Below, one piece after another: positions 14,234-26,265 of a stretch of 64,000 nucleotides of DNA. The DNA is from Marsupella aquatica (lineage: Eukaryota > Plantae > Marchantiophyta). The notes beneath the pieces are model-generated. The model did not search any database, was not told the DNA's origin, and saw only the letters and a list, made by a program, of their open reading frames with translations. The stretch spans positions 26,965,283 to 27,029,282 of the forward strand of contig OZ316893.1 in the NCBI GenBank assembly GCA_973895155.1, given 5' to 3'. Position 1 is the stretch's first letter, and each line of letters begins with the position of its first letter. Both the position numbers and the translations under genes were made by a program.

Positions 14234-15459
14234 GAGCAAGCTTCTTATCAATTGAGAACTATGACTCCTATGAGTGTAGGACTGTAGAGAAGGAGCGTAG
14301 GAGTTAAGATACAATGGTGGCGTAGTAAGTGGACCGAGTGTTCGGCAGACAACCTCAAAAGGATCCGCTTTGACCTCATTCGAACATCGGCTATTTTGAT
14401 GTGTTGCGATTATGGTTGTCCCGATCGGCCTACAATTCATTCTCTTCCCAACAAGCATGTCTCTTCCTCTTGTGGGAGCTGAGTGCCTTTAATCGAATAA
14501 GGACCTTCACTGAAAATCTGGTGGAGTGGCTTCAATATCCATCCTAATAATTTGTGAGGAAACCAAGCCAGCTCTTCGTTCTCCGTAACACGATCCAGGA
14601 AGAAATTTGGGAACCTTGGGTGGAAGTAAGTATAACTTAAGTTGAACACAAACAGGTCTCGCCAGAGGGAGTCTTCATCGGCAGGAGTTGACATTGGTAC
14701 AGCAGCAGCGAGAACATTTTCTTTAACTTCAATCTTTGGAGAAATTTTGGAAACACTACTTTAATTTAGAGACCTCAACGAAAAAAGTAATAGGTATTTC
14801 AAGAGCAGTCCGAATGGACTAGTGCTAATGACTGCATAGTGGATCCTGGAGTTGTTGGCAGTCGGGGTTTAAGGTCGCATTGTCATCTGCGTGACCGTGA
14901 CGCTGTCTGGAAACTGACAGCCAAATAGGGTATCTGTAAGCAAAATATGATAAGTAGCGAATCACACTCTGCACGTAAATCCCAACGCTGACTTGGAAAA
15001 AGAATCTCAATCAGTTCTATTCGTCAGTATCGTATGAAATCTCTGTTTTAACCAACGTGAATATCCCTTGACTTTTGAGGACTGAAATTGTCACACTATT
15101 GATCACGAGTATGGATGAAATCTCGCTTTCAACCAAAAGAAGTCTACTTTGACGTGGATAACATTCCAAGGAGTTGAAACGTTGAAACAATTTTTCCAAT
15201 GCCGCAACTGAAGCACACATTCCCAAAGAACTCGTTAGTGTACTCATGCCTTGTTACAGGAGCATTGTGGGCTACAGTTTTCCCTGAGAATCACGGCTTT
15301 TCCTTAAGTTTTGCGGGGCTATTAATGCTCACACTAGTGGGTAAAAGAAATTTAGTACATTTATGTTCTTGAGAGTTTTTGAATTCTTGCCATTTTGGTA
15401 TTAGTTTTAGTTTCATGTTATCACTCTTGATTCTTCAACTTCAAGACAAATACCTTGGG

Positions 15460-16012
15460 TTAAATGTGCAACGTATTAATGCTCTCCCATTTTCCTGGGG
15501 CTCCCTACACTGCCTGTCTCACTCTCCAATGCTGCTGCCCGCCCCAACCAAGGTTGCCAATTCAAAACATTAACCTAGATTCTACCATTTTGTCAACGGC
15601 TTTGGCCTGATCAATTTTGTGCCATCAACTTCGGGTCATGCCTATTTAGTAATAGAGTCTAAGTGTTCAGACAAAGCCTAGTACTTTGAGGGAGAGTCAT
15701 GATTAAAGATAGAGTCTTGGTTTACATTTGTCAAACTTGGGCCGGAGTGGGCGACAGCATAATTGGGGACCTGGGCCGGAGTGGGCGACAGCATAATTGG
15801 GGACCTGGGCTAGAGCAAGCGACATCAAGTGAAGGGTACTTAGAGCATACACCTGAAGTCTTTGGCACAAAGTTGATCTGGCTGGTGCAGGCAACAAAGT
15901 GGTAGAGTCTTGGTTTATGTTTTGGAAACTCAGGTCGGAGCAGGCAGCAGCATCAGGGACTGAGACGGGTAGTGTATGGAACCCCAGGAGCATTACCACG
16001 TTGTAGATCTAA
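15460..16012. mobile_element. Foldback/MITE-like element with ~180-bp imperfect inverted arms
   Basis: CCTGGGGCTCCCTACACTGCCTGTCTCA...TGCTGCTGCC (15494-15540) is the near reverse complement of GGCAGCAGCA...TGAGACGGGTAGTGTATGGAACCCCAGG (15942-15988). An internal 34-bp tandem duplication lies at 15739-15810. Confidence 0.75.
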
Positions 16013-17129
16013 TACATTAACACATTGTAGATCTAAGACAAACCATATTAGTTTTCCCAGACATGACTTCTGTCCAAGTTTTGAGGGACTATTAATGCCC
16101 ATATGGGTGGGTAACAGAGAATGAATACAATTGGGTGGGTAACAGAGAATGAATACAATTGAATTCTTGAGAATTTTTTACTCTTGCCATTTTGGTATTA
16201 CTTTCATGTTATCACTCTTGATTCTTCCACTTGAAAACAAACCCATATTTAATTAAGTTGAAATGTTACTCTTGCTATGAAGCGACAATAGTGCCCCAGG
16301 ACAGCCACAAAGGTACAAGAATTCTCTTTGTGAGGCATAACGAAAAATTCTAAGAGATACTTGTTTTGAAGGGATTAAGATTGGACAAGATAAGCCATTC
16401 ACAGCTTATGAGAATAACTGCTTCAACATTGTTCTTGCCCACTTGCAACGTTTGGAAATGTTTGGAAGTCACTGAGCATTTTATACATAGATGCAATGAT
16501 GCACGGAACTTGAAAGTAAAGATTCAATCACCCTCTGTTCGAGGCAGGTTGCTGCACTTCACCTTGGATTATTGCTTGTCGTTTTCTGCCACTAGGGATT
16601 GGAGTACTTTTTTTATAGCATACATCTGTGTAAATAGTAATCTGAGGGCATCTCAGTCCTCAATAGTTACAGGCCCATGCCTTTGGCAGGTGCCTAATTA
16701 TTATCACAGGGCCATCTGAAAGGCTGTAAAATAGTTTTCTTTTGTCCCTCCTCTGCCCCGCCCCCCACCCCCTTCTCTCACCCTCATATGGCCAATTGGT
16801 TTTGCAGTTGTAAAGGAAACAATGCATCGACCACTAATCTTGTAATATATAACATTTTTAGTCTCTAATCATAACGCAAGAAAATATATTATTGGCCATC
16901 AATCTCAGAGTATAGAACACTTTAGTCTGTAAGGAGCAGGTGACTTGCAAAAGCCTTATGGTCTAAGTTAAACCACCCTCATGGAGACGCCATAGTGGTC
17001 ACCCATGTTATTTCTTTTTGTGCGCACTCACGTATGCCCTTGGGAAATAACATGTTCCACACAATTTCATTCAAAAGCAATGGCTCATAATTCTATGATA
17101 CGAGGACAATGCAAACAAATTGAGCCATA

Positions 17130-17640
17130 TATCACACTGCTAAAGAACAAAATCCACCAACTGGGGACACCCCCAGTTGAAGATTAGTGCCATAAAGCCA
17201 GCCAATCTCCTACAGTGGGAAAAGAACTAAGGCCCCCCAATGAACAAATCTAAAAATCTGGTAAAGCTCTGGAGTAAACTCATTTGGAAAGTCACTTAAA
17301 GGAATTTGTCTGGAGGCCCTACTAAGAACAATGAATGACTGAGCCACAAAAGATAGTGACAACAGAATTTAGGGGACAAGCCTTTGCTCTACGAAGAATA
17401 GTGAAAGGCTAAGTCACATAATGCAATGGCGACATAAATTGGAGATCTGCCCTATACATGCAAGAGTTTTCTAAAGATTTCTTTGGACGACAGGCAATAT
17501 TAAAATTTAGGCACATGGTGTAGTGGGCTAGGGCTGGAGATGCTTTGATCCAGCAGCCAAGTCCAAATGATTCCAGCCATGATCTGACAAATAAGTGAAG
17601 AACCATTGCTGTTCAAGATGGATCGATAATTGAGGTTGAA
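17130..17640 (-). mobile_element. Dispersed repeat, probable LINE 3' remnant; related copy at about 24800-25250
   Basis: Both sites share the blocks CTGGTA(A/G)AGCTCTGGAGT(A/G)AACT and CTACGAAGAATAGTGAA. Confidence 0.45.
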
Positions 17641-19859
17641 AGCCGTCTTGGAAGGTCCGTTCTCTTTCTTGGAAATTCAAAGATTCGCGAACTGTGTGCT
17701 CGTCGAGTACTACTGTGTGTGACTGTGTGCTCTACTGCTCTTTGTGAGCTAGACCGCAGCTAGGCTATAATTGTGAGCTGACACAACTGCTGTCGTGCCT
17801 TTCTTGAAATTTCCAAGAAGCGTGAACTCTCCTCACTGATCGTTGAGCTAAGAGGTGAGCTGAGCAACCAAACCCAGTCTGTTATTTCCTGACATGGCCG
17901 TCCCACCGTCCTTATCTACATCTGGCGAGGATGGATCCCCACTTCAGATCGATTCAAACGTTCGAAGCATGACTGTCTCATGCTTCAAAAAAATCCCACG
18001 AATCACTCATTTGTTGCAAAGCAATCCAGTGAGGTGGGTGTGCAGATCGCTTCTGGGAACCTTCTTGGCCCTCGTTAGTTTCTGCCCACAATATGGAACA
18101 TGGGGCAGGCAGGCAGGCAGGCAGGGCGAGGCATGGCAGGGCAGCTTTATTGCATTGACCAGACTAGCCCACCGACCAGCAGCAGCAGCAATCTTGCCAG
18201 CCAGCCAACGAAAGGGTGATTGTGGGCTTAAAGTAAGCACCATCGATCTTGTACTTATCTTTGCAATGGCCAGCAGATCCGGATGAGTAAATGGGCCATA
18301 ATAATAAGTGAGTACTGATGAGTGATGACTTTCTCGTAGGACAAGAGCACTTCTGCATCATGGAATCAATGTGCCACACCAGCTTAGGCAGGCTACTCTA
18401 GGTGAACTGAGAGTGTCAGCAGACTGTTTAATCATGGGCTTTACTATGTAAGCTTACACTACCATAAGGACATCAAATTCGTTCAGGAAACAAATAATTA
18501 TTGAAATCGTTAGTCCCTGGACCAGGATATTAGGTGCTGTTTGAGAAACCAAGGAAATTTTCTACAATGCATATTGGAGGGGTGCATATTTGAGGAGTAT
18601 TCTAAGTATTATTGCTGTAATTACCAGGCCCAAGATGGCCACCAACCCTGCCCAAGCCATAATCACCCTGCCCTTGCTAGACTAATTTTCCTGGTCACCC
18701 TTGGTTTGCAGGGCCTGCCTGAGGCCTTGCAAGGCCCATTGCCTTTGCCCTAGCTCCAGGTCACAGTCTCCCTCAATTCCCACACCCTCCCTCCCAATCA
18801 AAGTAGCTTGGCAGTTGCTGCTCCCCTCCTCAAACCTTGTGGGTATCTCTTGGTGGTTGTGTTATTTTGCAGATGAAAACCATGTTTCAAACATGATTGA
18901 CTACATTTTTCAATTATTCTTGAAAAACCAAGAGTATCTAGAATTGAGTTCAAGTGAGTGTTACATCATGGAAAAGAATCCCTTTGTCTTCAACAACTTG
19001 TTTGCGATTCACTTGACTTTGGGGCCAAATTGATTGATTAGGGAGTGACGCCGAGTGAACTCACATCTGATAAAACTTGAAGCTTTCACCCCACTTTATT
19101 GTATTTTGTGACCTTAATATTTGTTTCACAACCATGCAAAAAATTAGCATATAAGGATGTACGCATGGATTACATTCTTGAAGGTACTATGTACCCAAAC
19201 TGCTGTAGCTTGTCTATGCAAAAAATATATGGTTAAGTCATAAGATTTTGGCAACTCTACTATAAGAGAATGAAGATGAACACAATTAATGCCACAAATA
19301 GGTTATTAATCTTATTTTATTTTATTGTACAATTAATATCCGGAAGTTAGAAGCTCCATTTTGAGCGACAGCCCTATCAGGTCCCACTTGGTAATTTTGA
19401 CCAGCATAATATAACTCTGGGCACGAATCAAATGATGTAGACATGGACTTTTGGGTCTTCTCTCATGAACTTTTTGGATGGCTTTGCATCCCATTGTTGA
19501 GTTCATTTGTGCAAAAACAGATAAACGTCAAATAAGTGGAATTTGTTGTAGATGAGTCTTGCCAAGAAAAACAATACAAAGTACTTTGCGGAGACAGTAC
19601 CTCGCGGAGAAAAACTTTTGAAGAAATGTTTAGGCGCCCATCACAAAAACTGAACATAGTTCAGCCCAATTACCTAATTAGGTCCTGATTAATATCACAC
19701 CTAACCTAAGTAAAAGTACACCCAACCCATTCTCCTATAATAACTCAAACAAAAATCTAGATTTGTGCTTATAAATGCATGAGAAGTTTAGACAAAGAAA
19801 ATCAGAATATATTTTTCTGTTTTGATTTTCATTTCATATTTGTTACTTTATTAAGAACT

Positions 19860-20600
19860 CCCTCAAATAGTGTTCAGCCCCTCTTGGAAGAAAAAGGATA
19901 AAAGCAAAGACAATTTTGAACAAAGATTATAAAAAATCTCCCTTTTCGTCTAACTTTTATATTCCTCCCCTTAAAATACACTTAAACCTCCATCCCACCC
20001 ACCCTAAAAGATTGAAAATAACTGATTCAAAGAATATAATATCTCAACAATTAAAAAAACATTTCTTTTACCCTTTTTTTATCCCTCCCCTTAAGGTAAC
20101 CTTCTCCATCCCCACCAAAGAATAAAAATGTCTCTTTTTTGTCTTTTTATTCCTCCCCTCCTTTAAGATATATACCCTTAATCCTCTATAGTCCACCCTC
20201 AAACAAAGAAAATAATCTAAAAGCAATCATTTATGAGTTCCATGTCCATCATTTCTCCTAAACAGACAGATGAAGAAGAAATGGAAACACAAAAAGTTCC
20301 CTCCTTTTTCTTCCTCCCCTCTTACTTAGCCCCTTGGAACCAGCAGGTACTCTTCAGGTGAAGAATACATTTTTAAAATTTGTTAACAATTATTCCTCCC
20401 CTCCTTTTTTTGAACCCTCCTCTCTTATTAGCCCAAAGAGTCGCCCCTCTTATTCAGCCCCTTGGAAAGGGTGTCCCAGGTCACCCATTTCATTTAAAGG
20501 AAAAAGAAATTAAAAAAGAAAAAAAGAAAAAAACACATTAAAAATTACAGAGAATAAATTAAATTATCCACTTCCCTTTTATATCCATCCCCTTCATTTA
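19860..20600. repeat. AT-rich region with reiterated TTCCTCCCC motifs (degenerate repeat)
   Basis: TCCTCCCC-like cores recur at about 19962, 20083, 20151, 20312 and 20393. Confidence 0.5.
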
Positions 20601-22769
20601 CCTTAAGTGTTTCCAAAGATTAAAAGAAAATATAAATTATCATTATGATTCTTTCGAAAGAAAACTAACCATTGTTCAAAGATGCTGTACATAAGTAGGT
20701 ATCCCTTTTCCCAATTAAAAAACAAAAGAGATTCAATAGTAATAAACACTCTCCAGAAAGAAATAAAATATTAAATGCTCTCTCTCATCTCTTTTTGTCT
20801 CATGCTGTAATATATGTACACATATACAATATTCTGGGGAAAATACTTTGCTCTCCTCAATATAAGTCATCATGACAAGAAGTGAAGCCTAGTTACAAAG
20901 GAGAAAGTATAGCAGACCAAAGTATTGAAACCAAATTATTGGAACGAAAGTATTGGAACAAAATATTGGAACCAAATCAAAGTATTTTGGTGCCCCCATC
21001 ACATCTACTGAACTAAAGTTCAGCCAATAAAAGAAAAAATATCATCATATTGAGCAGGTCATGGGTGAACCTGATAGTCCTTGCTCTATTCCTTTCCAAA
21101 CTCACTTTAAACCACACCTGCCCCTATAAAGGGCTACGGGTAACCGGTAGCTCTCATTCTGAAGAGTACAAGTTCAGAAATGGGCTTTGAGCTCCACAAA
21201 AGGTGCTGACTGCAAAAGCTTTTTTTGGCAAGTACTACACAAAAGATGCTAGTGTTCCTCCTTTTATGGTGAGTAGTGAGCCATGGAATGAGGCTTTTAT
21301 AGTGGCAGGTGTGGTTTAAGGATTCCTGATGGTGAACAATATCTGATGGTAGGTTTGTGAGTTTTGGTGACTGAACTGAACTGAGATCTAAGATGCTGCA
21401 AACATAGATGCCAAAATCTGACATTAGTGGCTGCTATATGGCAAATCCACCTGACTTGCTCAGGAGTGCTATTTTTCAGAGGTAAGTATGTAGTTTCTAA
21501 TTTGTTTTGCTTTTTTTAAGGGAAAATCTGTGAAACCCCACAGAAAGGGAATAGTCAGCCACAACATTTGAAATCTAGACCTATCAGTCTCAACTCAAGT
21601 GAACTATCAGAGTCTCAACTCAAGTGAGCTATCACATAGACATGTCTCTCTAGGCAGTTCCTAATTTGTTTTAGCATAGTATTTTCTTCTTTTGTCCTAA
21701 GTTTTTTAATATATATATATAACCCCTTTGAAGGTTCTGTTAATTTTCTTAGGAATCCATTTTCAAGTGTATTCCAGGTTGCAAGAGTACCCCACATTAT
21801 AAAGTCCCAGTTGCAAGGCTATTTAAAAGTAGACTAGCCGATATTTGAACACTTGACCTTCCCAGCCATATTGAGCCTTTGTAACACTGTGCTAAGCAGT
21901 TAGCATGAGCACTAAGAGTCATGGAGAGAATTTAACTGAATTCACATTTCTGTGGGGACAGTGCCTCATTTCCTCTAGTCTACAAAAAGTAGCATAGAGT
22001 ACAGTACATTGCTTATGGCAATATGTAAAACACCTTACCTTTTTAGATTACAATCATAATGATATGTCCTTCCTGTCAGTACCATCCACCCCCCCCCCCC
22101 CCCTCTTTCATTTATTACTGTTACTCTTTTATATAGAGTACATTATGTATACTTTTTTCTTCCTTTATGAGTCATGAAACATTAATGTTCTAGAGTACTA
22201 TGAGATAAATGCCTTTTTCAAATGTTTCGAATAAAACAAAACAAGGATCTGGTAGAACTCGCCTGCTATATTAGAGTTTTGAGGGGGAAACAGTTACTGG
22301 TATTTAAATAGTTCTAGAGCACAAACTACGAAAGGTTTCTCCTTCTAGGTGAGCTTAACTGAGTAGTTATTAAAATAATTTCAACTCTAGATTCAAGTGA
22401 TGCTGAATAAATTCAGAAATAGGTGCCTCTCTTCAGCTCATTTAATGCCTCTTGTCGCATCACTTTAGATATTTTGACCCCACATCCCTTTTCTTTGTTT
22501 TGTCTCGAAGCTAAATTCATGCTTTGTTGATCAGTAAAAGGAGATAAGAGACACAAGCAAGATCTGCACACGGAAATAGCTAAGGGGCAAGCTAGCCAAC
22601 CCAATTAGCCAAGACACATCCTGCCAGGCGGAAAATAGGTAAGCATGAGTTGTCGAGTTGAATTAAGGTCATGTAACCATTAGGTGAGCATGAGTTCAAA
22701 TAAAGTTGTCTTCACCTGCGAGGTAGCCTTTGGGAAGAGATTTGTTGTTGTTATAAAGAAGAATATACA

Positions 22770-23080
22770 CACTTTTTATATACAAAGGGACCAATCAGAG
22801 TACAAATGAACAAACAAAAGAGGGCCCAAGTGGACAAAACCAATCGAAAAAGAAGTGAGCAAAAGGGAACCACTAAACAGCAAGAAAGAGGAACTAAAAG
22901 TAAGAAATGAGCAATAGGGAACCCCTAAAAATCAAGAAAGAGAGACTAAAACTAACCCAAGCGGACCGAGGTCCTCATCATTCCTAGTGAATGTGGCAAA
23001 AAGCTACTGGTCCACATCAAGGGTCAAAGCTAGATTGGCAAGTGGGATTGAAACATCCTCTAGGGGAGCTAGCCGCTGCC
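22770..23080 (-). mobile_element. Dispersed repeat, probable LINE 3' end; related copy at about 31640-31900
   Basis: Both copies share AAGGG..CCAA.CA.AGTACAA and TGGTCCACATC blocks. Confidence 0.4.
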
Positions 23081-23083
23081 GAG

Positions 23084-23233
23084 GCACAGGTATTTGGACT
23101 AGTATATAATACCCTTTTCTATCTCACCAACCATTACCGTGCAAGCACAGGTATTTGGACTAGTATATAATACCCTTTTCTATCTCACCAACCATTACCG
23201 TGCAAGCACAGGTATTTGGACTAGTATATAATA
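23084..23233. repeat. Perfect 61-bp tandem repeat, about 2.5 copies
   Basis: The unit GCACAGGTATTTGGACTAGTATATAATA... starts at 23084, 23145 and 23206. Confidence 0.95.
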
Positions 23234-25854
23234 AAGGACAAAAATATGCATGCAATAGGAATAATCACTTGCTGTGCAGTGCATTTGTATTGCAGCAGGA
23301 AAGCCATGATGATTATCCTGATATCTCCATACATGCTTACATATGATTTCCCTACTATGTGGCCAATTTCTTTGTAGGCCACGTGGAAGCTTGTTTGGCG
23401 TACGTGTGCTTTACATCTAGTTCCCTCTCCAAACAAAGTGACTCTTTGGTGTGATGACTTTCTAGCATGACATGAATTTCATGTCATATAGCTCTACAGT
23501 CACCAAAAGAGCATGTTGGGATCCAAATTGAGCTTCAAAGGTTTGGATGGAGATCCCATTCCAGTGATGCACCTTGTTGTTTGCTTTTGTGTAAGGCATC
23601 TCTTCTTGCATTTTCTTCCAAAAAAGGGTACTTTCTGAGAAGTCTAAGCTTGGATGGGATCCCAGTCCCAAACTTTAGTGGATAGGATTTCTAAGCTTGG
23701 ACGATATCTACGGGAAATATCCATTTGAACTCAGATGACATAGTTTTGGGGATGCCATCCAAGCGGAAGGGTTTTGATGGCATCCTATTTGAGCACCCCT
23801 GGCCGAAACCTAACTTTTGGCAAATTACCAGGTGGGTTTTGGTAGAGATGAGGCACAACACTCGCACAACATTTTTCTGAAGGGCTCCAATGATTCACAC
23901 AGATCAATTTTCTGTTGTAGATGCTGGTGCACTTACCGCCGGAGTTGGTGGTGGTAGCATTTTTGGGGAACCACAGACTTTCTGCTTTAGAAATGTTGTC
24001 TCTTGGTTTGACACTTTTAGCTTTTCCCTACAAGTGGAAGTGCTGATTGTATGATCAGAATTTTGAATATTATAATAATAAAAAGGGGGAAGCAAGAAGA
24101 AACTGATTTTGGGATCCTGTCTCCCACTTGGGTGCTTTTGGTTTGTTGGAAGTGTCTCATATATATTCCCTGTGCAAGTGCTGGTTGTGTGCCCATATCA
24201 CCCAGATTTCTGGCTGCGACTCATATGCTCCCAGTTTTACTCGTTTTAATAATCTTGGGGAAAGCAAACAAAAATATTAAACCCAGATAGACCTCCACGT
24301 TTGGCCAAAATGCTCAGGCAGAGTTTTGCAACCAGACTGACTGGAGCAATCCTCTCTTCTATGCTCATATAGTACATGTTACACCAATAGGTGAGTGAGG
24401 CGTCTTTGGAAAATTGTAGGTCTCTCAATTCTCAATGAAATTTTAATGTATTGGGCACATTGGAAAGATCTTTCTAAGAGTTTTCTAGCAACCCCAAAAC
24501 AATCAGATTTGATTGGACACTGAGGGATGCCAGACGTCAACATTAATTTCTAAAAACTGTCTCAATGCAAATGAAAGATCTAGACTGATAAGTAAGACCT
24601 TTTCAAGTTGCTTCTATTGAGCCCAAGACCAGGTGATTCAGTTGGGTATCAAGGGAGATATTATAGGTCAAATCTGGATTTTGAAACTTCTGGAAATGAA
24701 AGGGTGTCAATGAGTGAAGGTGTCAGCCCACGGGGTGCATGGTTCACAAACTTGGTCCATGGGAGCATCAACTTACACAAATAAACAGAAGGAAAATAGA
24801 CTAATATATTTATATATCACACTGCAAAAGAACAAGAGGCGTGCAAACCGGACAACATCCCAGTACAGTTAGGCAAATGGCCCAATGAAGGGGAGGCCAG
24901 CAAAAATCCAACAAAGAAAAAAGGCCATCTGACTCTATTTATAGGCAAACTACAGAGCCTGGTAGAGCTCTGGAGTGAACTGCATAGGGGGATCTAACAA
25001 CAGAGCCTGGCTAGCTATTGTAGCACCAACCGCCTCACCCCTACGAAGAATAGTGAATGTTTGAGCCCACTGGAGTGCGAGTGACACCCACTGTCAAAAA
25101 AAGGTCATGATGACAGACACTCGTGGATAAGGTCTATGTGTGAAATCAAGAACCACACAAGATCGTAGAAAGTAGTCAAAGGTCGGGTGAAGCGTCCCAA
25201 AAACCTCAGCGGCAAAAGATTGTCAGGGTAACAAATAGTGTATGCCTCCTCCTTCAGTTGTGCGGCCCTAGCAGCCGCATGACCAGGTACATGAGCTGCA
25301 GTGGCAACTTGGCCCCACTAGGTTGGCAACAACCACATCCCCAAGGATCCAAACTCCAGCACGCAAAAGGACAAGGTCAGCAAGGCGGCGATCAGGAACA
25401 CCATCTAGAGGAGGCAAAGCTTGTTACATTTCTCATATCAAAGCTTACAAACAAAGTCAGAGTACTATAATTTACAACATACGCTCAATGCTGGCCAATA
25501 ATTCTGGGTTTTGCAGTGCCAAAATTCACTAGATTCCACCTCTGTGAAAATTCTTTGTCACTTTTGGCTAAAATTGAGTACACTCTTTACTATAATTAGT
25601 ATCATACCTTATTTAGTCTCTGTGCATAGATAATCTCTCACACACTAGGCTGTGAGTACAAATGCCACAAAATAATAAACACCAACTTCCTTATTAGTCT
25701 CATCTAGATTAAAATGAATGTCGCTACTTCATGAAAAGTTTTTTTGTTTTCATTTGAGAGTATAAAGGAACCCTCCTTTCAAAAATCATGGATGACTTCT
25801 ACAAAACCAGGGTCCAACTTAGGACCAAACTATAGGCAGCAATGGTGGACCCCA

Positions 25855-26140
25855 CCCACAGCTTTGTCTAAACTATTTACTAAACCTCTACCCTTGACTT
25901 CCCTTGACCCACCCCGCCCACAGCTTTGTCTAAACTATTTGCTAAACCTCTACCCTCGACTTCCCTCGAGCCACCCCACCCACAACTTTGTCAAACATTT
26001 TGCTAAACCTCTACCCTCGACTCACCCCGCCCACAACTTTGTCTAATTTTTTTGCTAAACCTCTACCCTCGACCCACCCCGCCCACAACTTTGTCTAAAC
26101 TTGTTGCTAAACCTCTACCCTTGACTTCCCCTCTACCCTT
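25855..26140. repeat. Minisatellite, five 51-62-bp units
   Basis: CCCACA(G/A)CTTTGTC...CTAAACCTCTACCCT(T/C)GAC occurs five times, immediately 5' of the pogo-like transposase. Confidence 0.9.
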
Positions 26141-26265
26141 GGCCGCCCCTATCCATAACCTAAACACTTCACAACACTCATTTACCAATCGGCAGCATTA
26201 TCACCAAATTTCTTTGTGTATTCTTTAATTTTTGATTCACAACCGGGTTCACAACATTCTCCAGA

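Noticed and set aside
23084-23233. CRISPR-like 61-bp repeat
   Set aside because: The intervening sequences are identical, so it is a simple tandem repeat.
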